A DNA stretch of 63,814 nt, counting the filler, from Octopus bimaculoides (taxonomy: Eukaryota): assembly GCF_001194135.2 (NCBI RefSeq). It is 4 parts of 4 records of this genome, joined end to end, with 100 filler letters (N's around TTAATTAATTAA, not from the genome) between each part and the next. Parts side by side here need not be neighbours in the genome. Positions count along the whole stretch, not along the records: positions 22,276 to 44,231 come from NC_068988.1; 3 more parts are not named here. One strand, written 5' to 3'. The notes under the pieces were generated by a model. It worked only from the letters and a program-made list of their open reading frames with translations, searched no databases and had not been told where the DNA came from. The position numbers and the translations under genes were made by a program. How positions within the stretch are numbered: position 1 is the first letter of the stretch; each line of letters starts with the position of its first letter. Positions 27,501-41,345 of this stretch are shown here, in pieces.

Positions 27501-27763
27501 ACAAAATGTAACCATGTTTCCCAACCATAATATTCCGAGTCCAGTCACAGTGAGCGGAGAAAAAGGGTTTGCATTTGATTTCTTTGTAAGGTTCCTTGGT
27601 TCTTCGTGATTGGTTATACATGCTAACGCTCGGACACACACTCACAGACACACACGTAAAAAAACACATATATCCGCGCACCCATATACATACACACATA
27701 CAAATATATGTACATATATACATACGCACGCACGCATATACATACACAGATGTGTTCGCGCGC

Positions 27764-27819
<56 letters not shown>

Positions 27820-28019
27820 NNNNNNNNNNGAGAGAGAGGGATAGATAGATAGATAGATACATACATACATACATACATACATACATACATACATTCATAC
27901 TCTACACGCGGACAAGCGCGCTTGTGTATATATACAAATACAATTAGACGCACGCACACTTGGCTAGTGGAGAAGGGGTTTGCCAGAGCGTTCACTAAAC
28001 TATTATTATTAGTCTACTG

Positions 28020-30860
28020 TGTTGCATATGGAAAACGCAAATTTGGAGCGGTGACAGCATATTTGGCTTTTCTCAGTATGGTGGTTTACCTAATTTTCGT
28101 TACTTAACAGAATGCAGAACGCGTCCTCAGGGCACAAGTCATATACGCCGGATAGTATATTATATGGGTGTGCACTTTTTATTATTGACCGTTCTATTTC
28201 ATATAGTATTTTTCCTCCTTTTAAACTCCATGTTTGTTCTACTAGTGATATTGATTATGTTGCCTGCTTATCTTTCGGTATTAGGAGATATGGTTGCAAT
28301 AACGGATTATGAATTAGATTTCCGAGGCTGTTAGTATGCGTATTATTGTTGTGATGTTATAATGATGCATTTGTATGTAATGTTTTTTTTTAATTTTTTA
28401 CATGCATTGGTTCATGAGCGGACATGCAGATTTCTTGCGGCAGCTGTAATAATTTGCGCTATTATTATTTTTATAGTTATTTGGTGACTTTTTGTTTTTG
28501 TGATCTTCCAGTTGATTAGAAGTGTCTGAAGTGTTCTTGAAGTTATTGCCTTTTTTTAAATACATTTTTGAGTTTGTGTTTGGATCCTTTTATAACTCTC
28601 AATGTCGCTAGCCATGGTTTTGTGATCCCTATTGTGCTTATTTTTGTTATAGTTCCTATACCCTGTGTTGTGTTGTTCTTTCTTTGTCTTCGGTCATTGT
28701 TTACATATGTATATTTTATTGTTGCATTTGTGTATGCATTACTCCATGTCGTTAGATGTGGTGTACGATAATTTAACTATCTGTGTGCTTTTTGAAGTTA
28801 CGATAGTATTTATGTGTTTTAGGGAAGCACCTATCTAACGCTGCAAGGAATTGTTTACCTACCTTCGATGATATTTGCAATCCAAGAACTGGGTTATACA
28901 ATAAGAGCTCGGTTTTTGTCTTTTTTGTTTGGTTCCATTAACGTATTTTGTGTGTTGTTGTTATTTTGTGCTTCACTTTTGCACTTATCTTTATTCTTTT
29001 GGGCTTTGTTTGTTTTTTTCCAATCTTTCCATTGCGTCTTGGTTTTTATGCTTTTATTTTTATGTGTTTGTTATTTTTCATGTTGTATGTGTTTTCCATT
29101 TTAGGTGCGTGGGTATTAGTATTATTTATGGCTTCGCCAGGTATGAACGTGATTTTTTTCCTTACACCCGTCCCTGGCTAATACTTCATTATAGTAAGGT
29201 GCATGTATGTTGAATATTGCCTCGCTGGCTGCTAGGCGTGATATTCTGCTGGCTATTTTCCGAACTGTTCCTTTGGTTATGGATGTTGGATGATTGGATT
29301 TTACATTTATGTATCTAAGACACTCGTTCTGTGTGTGGTATGGTTCATACATCCCTGTTTCTAAGTTAAAAGTAGCATCTAGGATATTTATCCTATGGTA
29401 TTAATAGCTATAGTTGTAGATAGGCTGACATTTTAAAATAATCTGCATAGATATTTTTCTATATCTCTCGCTTTCAACTTTAGTGCAATTATGTATTACG
29501 AAAAGGGTATCGTCTCAATATAGACCGCCCTCCACCACCATCACTATCTGTGAGAACGTGGATTTGATGTGGAATAAGATGTAAAATACTACAATATCCG
29601 TGACCGGAACTTAGTCGCTCGAACCCATTAGTATATCGAAGGAATTCGTTCTATCTGACCTTGTCCGTAGATTGTTGCAATAATTACTAACGGTTTATCG
29701 CGCTGTAAATATTATAATAACAGCTGACTTGGCTAGAATTTGTCATTTCTAATATGAGTGTTTTATTGAGTATCATAGAGTTAATTGTGGAGTAGTAGCT
29801 GACTATATCTCTAATTACTCTTTTACTCTTCTACTTGTTCTTTGTAAGCCTAGTACTTATTCGATCGGTCTCCTTTGCCAAACCGCTAAGTTACGGGGAT
29901 GTAAACACACCAAAATCGGCTGTCAAGCGATGTTAGGGGGACAAACACAGACACACAAACATATACACCACATACATACATATATATATATACATATATA
30001 CGACAGGCTTCTTCCAGTCTCCGTCTACCAAATCCACTCACAAGGCTTTGGTCGGCCCGAGCCTATAGTAGAAGATACTTGCCCAAGGTGCCACGCAGTG
30101 GGACTGAATCCGGAACCATGTGGTTGGCAATCAAACTACATACCACACAGCCACTCTTGCGTCTATGTATACATTTGGAGGTTATTTTTTTCCATTTTTT
30201 TAAACCATCCTATCAACTGCCGAGTGTTTGACTAAAAGGCAACTCTAATATTAATTTTTAGTTTGGGCATCATATCACCTATCTTGTTTTTTTTGCTTAT
30301 ACGTCCTATGTCTGATTTCAATGGACATATTAGCCTGGCATTGGCGTCGTTATCAAACTAATTGGTTTTTAAGGTTTATCCTAGGTTTATTTGCGACATA
30401 TAGTTCCGTACTGTCATTTATCTCTAGTATTTTTATTATTTCATATCCTTTATTGTTTATATTAGTTAAGGTGTTGTTGGGTTTATGTTTGTATTTGCTA
30501 AGTACATGTTATTCTCATTAAATTATCATATAGTGTGGTGTTTACAATATAAAGTTTACTGGTTTTGTCCGCAGGTACTTGTATTCCGTTTGCATTTTAA
30601 ACAATTTTCAATATGCTTTTCAATTTTTGTTGGTGTTCGTTTATCCTTCTTGGGCATTTCCTGAATTTGATATTCTTTATTATTTTGCATAGTTCTTCAC
30701 CGAATTGCGTCAGGTTGATTTGTTAATGGGTTTCCCATGGATTTGTATTCCTTTTTGAGTGCATTTTCTTCCTTCTGGTACTCCTGTGTGATCATTTTCT
30801 TGTTGCACAAGAACGCTTTCCATCTCATTCTACTTATGAAGGAGCTGATAGTTCATTTAA
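28020..30860 (-). mobile_element. Near full-length degenerate Penelope-like element, interrupted by a SINE
   Basis: Ordered minus-strand motifs: ISSFISRMRWKAF, VPADKTSKLYIV, RLICPLKSDIGRISKK, DIVSYYSTI, FDILMGSSD, GGLY*DDTL, INILDATFNLETGMYEPYH...KSNHPTSI, VGKQFLAALDRCFPKTHKYY and WSLKGGKILYEIERSIIKSAHPYN. Confidence 0.85.
29816..30164 (-). mobile_element. tRNA-derived SINE inserted in the PLE
   Basis: Reverse complement closely matches 50725-51103, with A-box-like tggctgtgtgg, B-box-like ggattcagtccc and an (AAAGAGT)n tail. Confidence 0.92.
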
Positions 30861-31175
30861 GTATTCGTTATTGGTTGATATTCGTCCGTTATCGCAACTA
30901 TATCTACTCATTCCGAAAGAAAAGCCGGTGACACTTAACTTCACAAGCGGACCTAATATGGAGATTAAAGGAAGCAAAACTAAAATATGAAATATAATGA
31001 TCAATAATAAAAAAGAAAAAATGCACACCCATATGATAATTAATCCGCCGTATGCCACTTCAGCGTTGAAGAAGCTTTGTGCAGTGTGTGAAATAACGAA
31101 AATTTGGTAAACGATCGTACTGACAAACTCCCAAGATGCTTTCACCGCACTGCATTTACATTTTCCAGATAGAGA
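30860..31175 (+). mobile_element. Inverted copy of the PLE 3' (GIY-YIG) segment at the element's 5' end
   Basis: Plus-strand blocks tccgttatcgcaactatatct, tgcacacccatat, taacgaaaatttggtaaac and atgctttcaccgc match the reverse complement of 28030-28320. Translation includes LIWRLKEAKLKYEI. Confidence 0.8.
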
Positions 31176-31180
31176 CATAT

Positions 31181-31300
<120 letters not shown>

Positions 31301-31572
31301 AATAAATTAGTAAACTTTGTCCCTTTCCCTTTCCCCTATCCATGTGTGCGTGTGTATGGTTATATTTCTATATGTACGTGTGCGTGCCTAACCGTAGGGG
31401 TCCAGTATGCATGGATATATGTATTTACGGATATTTTTTTTATTTTTTCATTTATTTATGGGTTTCAGCCAAGTGGCTGCGGTCATGCTGGTGCACCACC
31501 GTGATTTTCCGTCTTTATGCTGTGTTCTCTTCACGTTCCTTGCATGGCTCTTCTCCCCCACCTGATATGGTC

Positions 31573-31620
<48 letters not shown>

Positions 31621-34358
31621 TACACATGTATAAATATACACACACAAACATATGTATACACACGTATACATGCGTGCATCTGTGTATGTATATTTGTGCG
31701 TGTGTATATATGTTTATATATTTGTATATGTGTATATATATATGTGAATGCACGTACATATCAATATATGTGTATGTATATATATTTATATATATATACG
31801 TACGTGTGTGTACTTGTGTGTGTATGTGTGTGTGCGCGCGCGCGTATGTGTGTGTATATGTCCGATCATTAGCATGTAAAAAAAAATGTATATGCGAACG
31901 ACCATGTATGGACCGATTCTTAATGGGCAGCTAGGACCAATCGAATGTGTAACCAACTGTGAAAAGCAAATCAACAGTACAAAGAAATCAAATAGCAATC
32001 CCTTTAAAATGCCAACTGCTTCAACAGTAGCAGAACACCATCCCACTACATCTGCATATTCAAAGTAGGTTGCCAACGAAACTCCAGCAACAACACACCT
32101 TTGAAAAATTCAATGGTTACTACTGCAGACAGGAGGGATGTGGTTGAAGCTGAGAATTTGAAATTACGGAGACAATATTTGCATACCAACTGAAGTAACA
32201 CAACTAGTCTCATGATGTCAGGAAATTGTTGCATAATCAATTACCCACACACCTGAAAAGCTACGTTGCGTACAAACAATTCTAGTGATTGAAAATAAAT
32301 GTCCTACCGCACTCCTTCTTGTTGACTATATATATGAGTATGTATATGAATGTATGTATANNNNNNNNNNNNNNNNNNNNNNNNNNNNNNNNNNNNNNNN
32401 NNNNNNNNNNNNNNNNNNNNNNNNNNNNNNNNNNNNNNNNNNNNNNNNNNNNNNNNNNNNNNNNNNNNNNNNNNNNNNNNNNNNNNNNNNNNNNNNNNNN
32501 NNNNNNNNNNNNNNNNNNNNNNNNNNNNNNNNNNNNNNNNNNNNNNNNNNNNNNNNNNNNNNNNNNNNNNNNNNNNNNNNNNNNNNNNNNNNNNNNNNNN
32601 NNNNNNNNNNNNNNNNNNNNNNNNNNNNNNNNNNNNNNNNNNNNNNNNNNNNNNNNNNNNNNNNNNNNNNNNNNNNNNNNNNNNNNNNNNNNNNNNNNNN
32701 NNNNNNNNNNNNNNNNNNNNNNNNNNNNNNNNNNNNNNNNNNNNNNNNNNNNNNNNNNNNNNNNNNNNNNNNNNNNNNNNNNNNNNNNNNNNNNNNNNNN
32801 NNNNNNNNNNNNNNNNNNNNNNNNNNNNNNNNNNNNNNNNNNNNNNNNNNNNNNNNNNNNNNNNNNNNNNNNNNNNNNNNNNNNNNNNNNNNNNNNNNNN
32901 NNNNNNNNNNNNNNNNNNNNNNNNNNNNNNNNNNNNNNNNNNNNNNNNNNNNNNNNNNNNNNNNNNNNNNNNNNNNNNNNNNNNNNNNNNNNNNNNNNNN
33001 NNNNNNNNNNNNNNNNNNNNNNNNNNNNNNNNNNNNNNNNNNNNNNNNNNNNNNNNNNNNNNNNNNNNNNNNNNNNNNNNNNNNNNNNNNNNNNNNNNNN
33101 NNNNNNNNNNNNNNNNNNNNNNNNNNNNNNNNNNNNNNNNNNNNNNNNNNNNNNNNNNNNNNNNNNNNNNNNNNNNNNNNNNNNNNNNNNNNNNNNNNNN
33201 NNNNNNNNNNNNNNNNNNNNNNNNNNNNNNNNNNNNNNNNNNNNNNNNNNNNNNNNNNNNNNNNNNNNNNNNNTATATATATATATATATTCTGTAAATG
33301 AAAATAATAATAAATTGTAATAATATTTAAGCTCATAATTATTATTGATTACAAAATTTTCACTCGTCATTGCTTCTCCATTTAACGCTGATATATATGC
33401 CCTACTATTTCGTCATTTAAAATATAATTTATAAGCAAGAGTTGCTGTAGGAAAATCCCTTTAAATATCTATTTTATTCACATATACAAGTCCAGGAATC
33501 CGGCATAATAGTAGACTCCTGAAACATAGATAAAATATTTTGAATAACAGTTGAAGTGTATTTGTCCAAATAATTCTTGAATATATCACAATCCTGATGT
33601 TGCAACGTTCATCGATTTCCAGTACTGAATTTTTAAAGGTTTTTAATTAGTGTACGTTTGAACGTGTATAAATGGTGTTATTTCATGTACATGCGCAAAA
33701 ACGAGCATAAGATTTTCCAATTAATAATTCTTCGTGCAGAGTAGTGTAATAGGAAAAAGTAAAAAGTAACAAAAGAAAACAGAAAAAGTATACGATAAAT
33801 GAAAGAAGTAAATGCGATTCTAATTATATTTCGGATAACTATATCAAAATATTCGAAATAACAGTTTGGAAATAAATAGTCAAAATATTAAAGTTATTTT
33901 ATTCGAACCTTTCATATATGTTCTCCGGCAATAATTTTTAATAATAATAATAATAAAAAAAGCTCTGCGCACAAGCATCTGTAAATATTGCATAATTATA
34001 TCAAACATGTTTTTGAAATGTTTTCAAAATTGCTTAATTAAAATTTTTCGAAAAATACTGTTAGAGTTATATCATACAGGTGGATGCATTGGCCACACAA
34101 ATTGGAGATAGTACCTGAAATTACTTTATTCGAAAATTTCCATGAAAATATTTACATAAAAATTAAAACATTGTATAAAATAACGCATGAAAATCAAATT
34201 ACAACAATTACATTTTTGGCAAATATTTGTATATTCGGGTAATCAACTAAACATATACTCACGCAAAAGATTATATGCATAGATACTCATTCATATCTAT
34301 ATATGTATATACTTATATATACGTGCATGCGTATACATACACACGCGCACACACACAC

Positions 34359-34404
<46 letters not shown>

Positions 34405-34405
<1 letters not shown>

Positions 34406-34600
34406 AGCGCAGTCATCGCTGTGTGGTAAGACGTTTTCTTCCCGACCACATCATGCCAAAATCAGTCCCACTGCGTTACATTTCGTCCAAGTATTTTATA
34501 TTACAGTCACGTGACGACTGAAGCCTTGTGAGTACATTTGGTAGATGAGTACATTTGATAGATTATTTACAAGAGATTGTTTCGTACAGAAGCCTAGCTC
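34405..34600 (+). mobile_element. Diverged 5' half of the tRNA-derived SINE
   Basis: gcgcagtcatcgctgtgtggtaag...cagtcccactgcg...aagccttgtgagtacatttggtaga matches the head of the 50725 copy. Confidence 0.75.
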
Positions 34601-34830
34601 GTTGATGGTCAGTTTATTGAATGGTGTGGCATCCAAGATATTTGGTTGAAAATATACTTCTATTGGTCAAGATGTGTTGCATGATGTTGTTCTGCTATGA
34701 TCGACGAATCAGTGATAGCACTTCTCTTAGAAACGGGATTTTCTCGGAGAGTATGGCTGGACACGAATTTGGTTGCGTCTAAGCGTTTCCGGGCTGGTAG
34801 AGCAAGGACTGCGTCTGTGTGTATGTTGTG
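34600..34830 (-). mobile_element. Possible Penelope-like GIY-YIG C-terminal remnant
   Basis: Minus-strand DATKFVSSHTLREN...SSIIAEQ...KYIF weakly resembles the T.LS.H.W.LK...WSII...EK.I tail of PLEs. Confidence 0.35.
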
Positions 34831-35229
34831 TGTGGGCGTTAATATGCAAGTGTCTGTCTGTGTACGTGCGTGTGAATACATGTGCAGCAGTGCATATGCT
34901 TTCTTTCAAGTGCGCGCGTATTTTGGATACATCTGTGGGGCTGTGTGCCTAAGTGTCCATCCCCACCACATATATCTATGCATGTGAGTATATCATTTTA
35001 TCATAAAGTTACACATCTAATGTTTGAACATTTTTCAGTATTGTAATCAGGAGCCATTGTGTCCTTCTAGTTTTACGACTTACACTCTCATTCAAGTTCA
35101 CTGCATTGATCAATACTAGGCCTATGATAATCGGTAGCCTTCTGATGATGCTGATAATTTCTTTTTTTAAACCTGTGACGTTTAGTAGCTTTCCCTACAA
35201 CATCTAGCTCGTTTTTGCAACCTGCTAAA

Positions 35230-35490
35230 ATGTAAGTGCGCCATAGACTTCATCTTCTGTTTGACTTACAAACTCTAAACTATTCACTTTCACTGGCCAC
35301 TGGTAAATACCTCGTTCTTAGCCCATTCTTGTATTCATCTTCCTCGAAGGTCTCATACTTAGTTTATTTCCTCTCTCGGGTCTCATTTATACTCTATTGT
35401 TTGAGCATTGTTTTCTCCAGTCTACCCGCCTTATTTGCTGAGAAAACCATGATATCATCCGGTCTTAATAGCATCTGGATGCTGTTCACT
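35230..35490 (-). mobile_element. RTE-like LINE RT remnant
   Basis: Minus-strand QMLLRPDDIMVFSANKAGRLEKT...TKYE resembles the ML(F)ADDIV...KTEY region of RTE RTs. Confidence 0.45.
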
Positions 35491-37700
35491 GGAAATTTTT
35501 GGAATCACATTAGGAAGTTATGAGGCTTCTGGTGATGCAGGGGAATATTATTTCTTGGAGGAGTAAAATTCTTATTTTACACCAACGTTTATTTACCGAC
35601 TTCCGGGGATATTTGTGAGAAATCCAGAAGAAAAATTAGTAAGTGGTATACATTGGTCACTCTGACACCATCGTCCTTTTAGCGCAATGACACGTATATG
35701 TACGTTTCAATGAATATATGTATATGTACATTTAAACATATATGTATATCTATTTATATACATGATATGCGTGTGTGTGTGCATGTGTATGAATTTGTAA
35801 ATATACACATATAAGTATATCTATATGAATATATCCAGAATATATACAAACGCCTTCACACACGTGCACGTACACACACACACACACGTAAAGAGAGGCA
35901 CTCACAAATATCTTGAATGTGACGTGAATTTTCTTTCAAACAACTATATATATGAACATATTTTGGTTCAAAAATATGTTCAAAATATATCAAGCATAAC
36001 AGAAAGATCCCTGTAAGTAGCATGGACTGTACAGTAAGACTGCTAACTGTAACATACATTATCATAAAATAATTATGAGCTATTATCACACAGATTTTAC
36101 TTTAGTTTCTGTTTAAGGGGAAAGTAATGAAAGCGCACTCAAAGAGATCAAGGATGAAATAACTAAAACAAAAAAAAAACCACTATATCGGCCTTCGTAA
36201 AATGCATGTAGAGTATATCAAGGGTGTGTATAGGTGACGACATTGAACACATATTTAATTAATATAATCCGATAAGACTGTATTTATGGTTCCTACTTAC
36301 ATATAATACCCTTTACTATCACTGGGCACCACCCGCAGTTGGTCAATGCATACTATTCATCAGCGACATTATTGCTTCTACACACTATTAGAATATTCAT
36401 TGTGAGAACGTGAACCAATATGATCGTATAATACACACAGACACAGACACACACCCACACACCTACACCCACCCACATCCACACACCTACATACACACAT
36501 ACAGACACATGCATGCATGCATGTGTGCATGTATATATGAATTGAAGATGTTTACTAGAGATAGAACCTGAATATACGCCTAATTTTTTAGAGTTTGTAG
36601 CATTCTTCATCCCACAAGATGCGAGAACTAATGTGAACTATACTAATTACACACACAAAAACTGATATCAGATATACTTTGGTAATAGTAAAACCATTTG
36701 GTATATTTTATTACATGTACCACATGCATTTTTTCTTAGAGTGTCCTAAACTAGGAGCTGTTAATGATCTATTATATCATTAATTTAACAGTTGTTGCAA
36801 TTGCGATATATTCATAACGCATCTCGTATACTTATGATTAGCTACTATTTACAATACACTTTCTATGAGAACTTTGATCGAATTTCTTGATGTGTTATTG
36901 AAGTGCACTAAAAATAAATTTAATTTTCTTATATTTTAATACGAAACTATTTGTAAAGTGCAGTAGACCTATATGTTACTTCATTATAGATCGACTTTAA
37001 AATGTGATGCTTTGAGATTGCTTCTTCAAGTTACATGATTGAATTACTTGCAATTTTAAACATCAACCTACTTGAAAATCTTCAATTATTTTACACACAA
37101 AAAGATAATTCAGTAATGTAACAGTATATCATTAATTAAACATTTATTTATATTGAACAAGTATAGTGTTAAGATATTAACTGTAACACTGTCATAATCT
37201 TAAATAAATTTTAAAAATTATTTTGCTGAACACAGTACCTGTTTCATTGCCACGATTGATCAATGATGTTTGCAAAACTACGTGACTATTTCTCTGACAC
37301 CTAAATTTTCAATCTATTAGACAAAACTGATACACGATGTTTACCGGACAACTTCATATCTGTGGCCTCCTAGAAAACTACGACTGCTGTATGTGCATCT
37401 TCCATACACGTATCGTATTATAATATAAACCACTTTTAGAACAATAAAGAAGTCTAACACTCTTGTTATCAGATACATGGTTCATCATTACAAACACGCA
37501 ATATACAGTTACTATGCCTGTGTAGCTGAAGTGGTCTGGCTTTTGGGAAATATTATCTCCCATATGCTGTTACGTTAGCATTTACCGAGGGACGGTAATA
37601 CAGATTTTAGGGATTTAGAGCTGAAATGTGGATCATATTCACAATGTACAGCTTCTGCAGATACCTTAGACAATTCACTTATTTTGAAAGCACGTACCTG

Positions 37701-37761
<61 letters not shown>

Positions 37762-39339
37762 TTCAGGAACATAACGCCCGTTTCGACGTGTCATGAACCA
37801 GTAACTACGGGTTTAATTTAAAAACGCACCTCATTTTTCATTTCACTTTTCAAGGTAGTTTTTAAAAAGTCACCTGAGGAGACGCATTTGCACCTACGAT
37901 CCCTTAGGACAGCGTCTCACCTGCAACGTAATAGTTCATGATGTGTCTCCTCCATTCCGTTTTCTTTTTCTCAACTTTTTTATAAAATGTACGAACACAA
38001 AGGATTCCCTAAAGTAAATTCAGTGGGATATAGCTCTAGGCTGTTGTTGATCTCAGGTAGCCGAATCCTGTGAAGAGGCTTTAAACAGCATAAATATAAA
38101 ATACTTACCTATATAAACTTTTCGAGTTCTAATCCAAAATAGACACGAACACTGATGTTCTATGTGATAAACTTAATAATTGTCGAGGCATCCTCTATAC
38201 ATGACACAATTAGTAGCCTTTATACACAAATAAAGAACGTTTATCCAGCAATGCGGAGTTAAGCACTCATTCTCATTATTTGATATTTAAAACACGCGCG
38301 CGCACACACAAATACACGCCCACGCACTCATACATGAATGTCCGCCCGCTGCACCCACAAACATATAGTGAGAAAGAAAGTGAGAGGAGTAGAGAGAGTG
38401 ATAATGATAATATGCTTCTACGTACGTTTCAACATTTTGCTTGTTTAGAAGCCTCCATTAGATGTTACAGTGTAATCGAATAATTAATCATAGCAGATTA
38501 GCCGGGAAGACATGGCATTATTATGCAGTGACGCAAATCTCCTATATTTACATTCTGTCATAATTTGTTACAGTATTAAGCATAGTAGCAGCTTACCCAA
38601 TAAACTGAAAGCAGGCTTCATGATCATACTATCCACGAAACACTAAAGTCAATGTATATGTATATGCAAACGATTTCTGATAATATTAATAATGTTGAGC
38701 AAATTTCACCCAAAGCATCAGATAACACGAAGCTAGAGTAGAAAACTCTTTCTCAGTTTGCTCAGGTGGGGACCCAAATAATGTCTGCGTATTTACAAAG
38801 GGAATGTTAACCACTGCCTGTTCCTGTTTAGGAATGAAAATAGGACGTAATATCGTATTAATATTTTCTCAGTTTTTGCCAACATAATTTAAGAGTTTGT
38901 GTTATATCACAGATAGATTAGGTCTTCGATTTCATTACCTTTTTAATATTGCTCAGTAATTTTTGCAAACTGTCAACAAGAAGAATGTTGCAACTCACAT
39001 GATGAAAATCACATTTAATTAACAAAGCTGTATAGATTTCAAAGATATTAATTTTTAAAACTGTGCTGCCAAGATTATGTGTATTTTAACGCCATTTAAG
39101 TTCACCAATTTCGAATTAATACAACGCGAAATGTAATTATGTATTTCATTCATCTCTATAAACTTCCATCTATCTTTAATGTTTCAAACAAGATATAGAA
39201 CTTCCACTTTCCTTAACAATATAGTAAAAATATTATATTATACAGCGAACATAATTATCAAACACCTGATTAAAACTATGCAGAACATCCTTGGTGACTA
39301 AAACATATTCCAGGTGAGTTATACACGTGCTTTTCAGTA

Positions 39340-39730
39340 AATATTGCGCTCACTACCACATATTTCCTTGTCAGTTGTTTAACGTTAACCAGTTGAGCAT
39401 GTCCTTTAGTAGCTGACGATATATGCATTTCTGATCACGAGCAGATGAAGTGGGGGTGCATCAGTGCCATGTGCTAAAATGAATTTTGGGGGGTTTGGAT
39501 AACAATTCACCTTTGGGTGTTTCGTTCAACATCCTTAAACAACACTTATTCCGGGAACTTTTGATCGATATGGGCTTCTCTACATCAAGAAAATTCTAAC
39601 TGGGCCCCACCTGCGAAGTCATGCGGTGTTTATCTTGATATGATAAGCATATGTTTATGATGCATGTGCCTGCTGTGCCCTTATCAGACGGGTAGTCATG
39701 ATGGGCATGTACCACTCTCTCACTCACTCA
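39340..39730 (+). mobile_element. TAA-tailed interspersed repeat (copy 2, 5'-truncated)
   Basis: Colinear with 1960-2408; followed by (CAA)/(TAA)n to 39809. Confidence 0.85.
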
Positions 39731-39750
39731 ATAACAACAACAGCAACCAC

Positions 39751-39809
<59 letters not shown>

Positions 39810-41150
39810 GGACTGCAAAAATACCTACTCCAGAAGCAAGGGAAACTAATACAAATAGCCACAAAACACGAGCAAAACAAAAAATTGTTTTCAGTATTTA
39901 AGGAAGCTGACAAACACAAACAAGAAATCAATCTACCTATCAGATACGAAGAAGAAGAAGAAGAAGAAGTAGAAGAAGAAGAAGAAGAAGAAGNNNNNNN
40001 NNNNNNNNNNNNNNNNNNNNNNNNNNNNNNNNNNNNNNNNNNNNNNNNNNNNNNNNNNNNNNNNNNNNNNNNNNNNNNNNNNNNNNNNNNNNNNNNNNNN
40101 NNNNNNNNNNNNNNNNNNNNNNNNNNNNNNNNNNNNNNNNNNNNNNNNNNNNNNNNNNNNNNNNNNNNNNNNNNNNNNNNNNNNNNNNNNNNNNNNNNNN
40201 NNNNNNNNNNNNNNNNNNNNNNNNNNNNNNNNNNNNNNNNNNNNNNNNNNNNNNNNNNNNNNNNNNNNNNNNNNNNNNNNNNNNNNNNNNNNNNNNNNNN
40301 NNNNNNNNNNNNNNNNNNNNNNNNNNNNNNNNNNNNNNNNNNNNNNNNNNNNNNNNNNNNNNNNNNNNNNNNNNNNNNNNNNNNNNNNNNNNNNNNNNNN
40401 NNNNNNNNNNNNNNNNNNNNNNNNNNNNNNNNNNNNNNNNNNNNNNNNNNNNNNNNNNNNNNNNNNNNNNNNNNNNNNNNNNNNNNNNNNNNNNNNNNNN
40501 NNNNNNNNNNNNNNNNNNNNNNNNNNNNNNNNNNNNNNNNNNNNNNNNNNNNNNNNNNNNNNNNNNNNNNNNNNNNNNNNNNNNNNNNNNNNNNNNNNNN
40601 NNNNNNNNNNNNNNNNNNNNNNNNNNNNNNNNNNNNNNNNNNNNNNNNNNNNNNNNNNNNNNNNNNNNNNNNNNNNNNNNNNNNNNNNNNNNNNNNNNNN
40701 NNNNNNNNNNNNNNNNNNNNNNNNNNNNNNNNNNNNNNNNNNNNNNNNNNNNNNNNNNNNNNNNNNNNNNNNNNNNNNNNNNNNNNNTGTATCAATACCA
40801 GCAGATGACAACGTTTCTCTAAAAGAAATGGAAAAACTTTCAAAATACAAAGACCTGGAAATAGAGATAACTCGAATGTGGAATCTAAAAACAGAAACAA
40901 TTCCTATCATAGTAGGTGCCTTAGGTATAATAAAAAGATATTCAGACAAATACATAACAAAAACACCAGGACTTACAAATATATATAACATACAGAAAAT
41001 TGCACTACTGGTTACTGCACACATTCTACGCAAAACACTTTCAATACAGCAAACATAAGAGCACCACAGCAAACCACAGCACATACCCAAGGCGCACAGA
41101 GCTGCGCTCGGTAGTGAAGTGAAAGCACGTTATAAAAATAAAACTTCTGA
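39810..41150 (+). mobile_element. 5'-truncated R4/Dong-clade non-LTR retrotransposon (copy A)
   Basis: Starts directly after (TAA)n with GLQKYLLQKQGKLIQ. After the gap, VSIPADDNVSLKEMEKLSKYKDLEIEITRMWNLKTETIPIIVGALG...IQKIALLVTAHILRK is a restriction-like endonuclease C-terminus, followed by a short 3' UTR and (ATA)n. Confidence 0.88.
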
Positions 41151-41165
41151 ACAATAATAATAATA

Positions 41166-41345
41166 ATAACTACACCGGAGAAATTTAACAGATAACTACA
41201 CCGGGGAAGTTTAACAATAACTACACCGGGGAAGTTTAACAGATAACTACACCGGGGAAGTTTAACAGATAACTACACCGGGGAAGTTTAACAGATAACT
41301 ACACCGGGGAAGTTTAACAGATAACTACACCGGGGAAGTTTAACA
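41166..41345 (+). repeat. Tandem array of 7 copies of a 26-bp unit ATAACTACACCGGGGAAGTTTAACAG
   Basis: Direct reading. Copy 1 has two substitutions, copy 2 lacks the last G, and copy 7 runs into the 5' UTR of the downstream element. Confidence 0.95.

Noticed and set aside
31886-32240. Ser/Thr-rich short ORFs in locally complex sequence
   Set aside because: Stops occur in all frames, and I cannot assign homology by eye.
37770-37810. Minus-strand TTCATGACACGTCGAAACGGGCGTTA as a hammerhead
   Set aside because: The core deviates at several positions and stem I does not pair.
41166-41345. 26-bp repeat array as a CRISPR array
   Set aside because: The units are contiguous with no spacers, the context is eukaryotic, and there are no cas genes.
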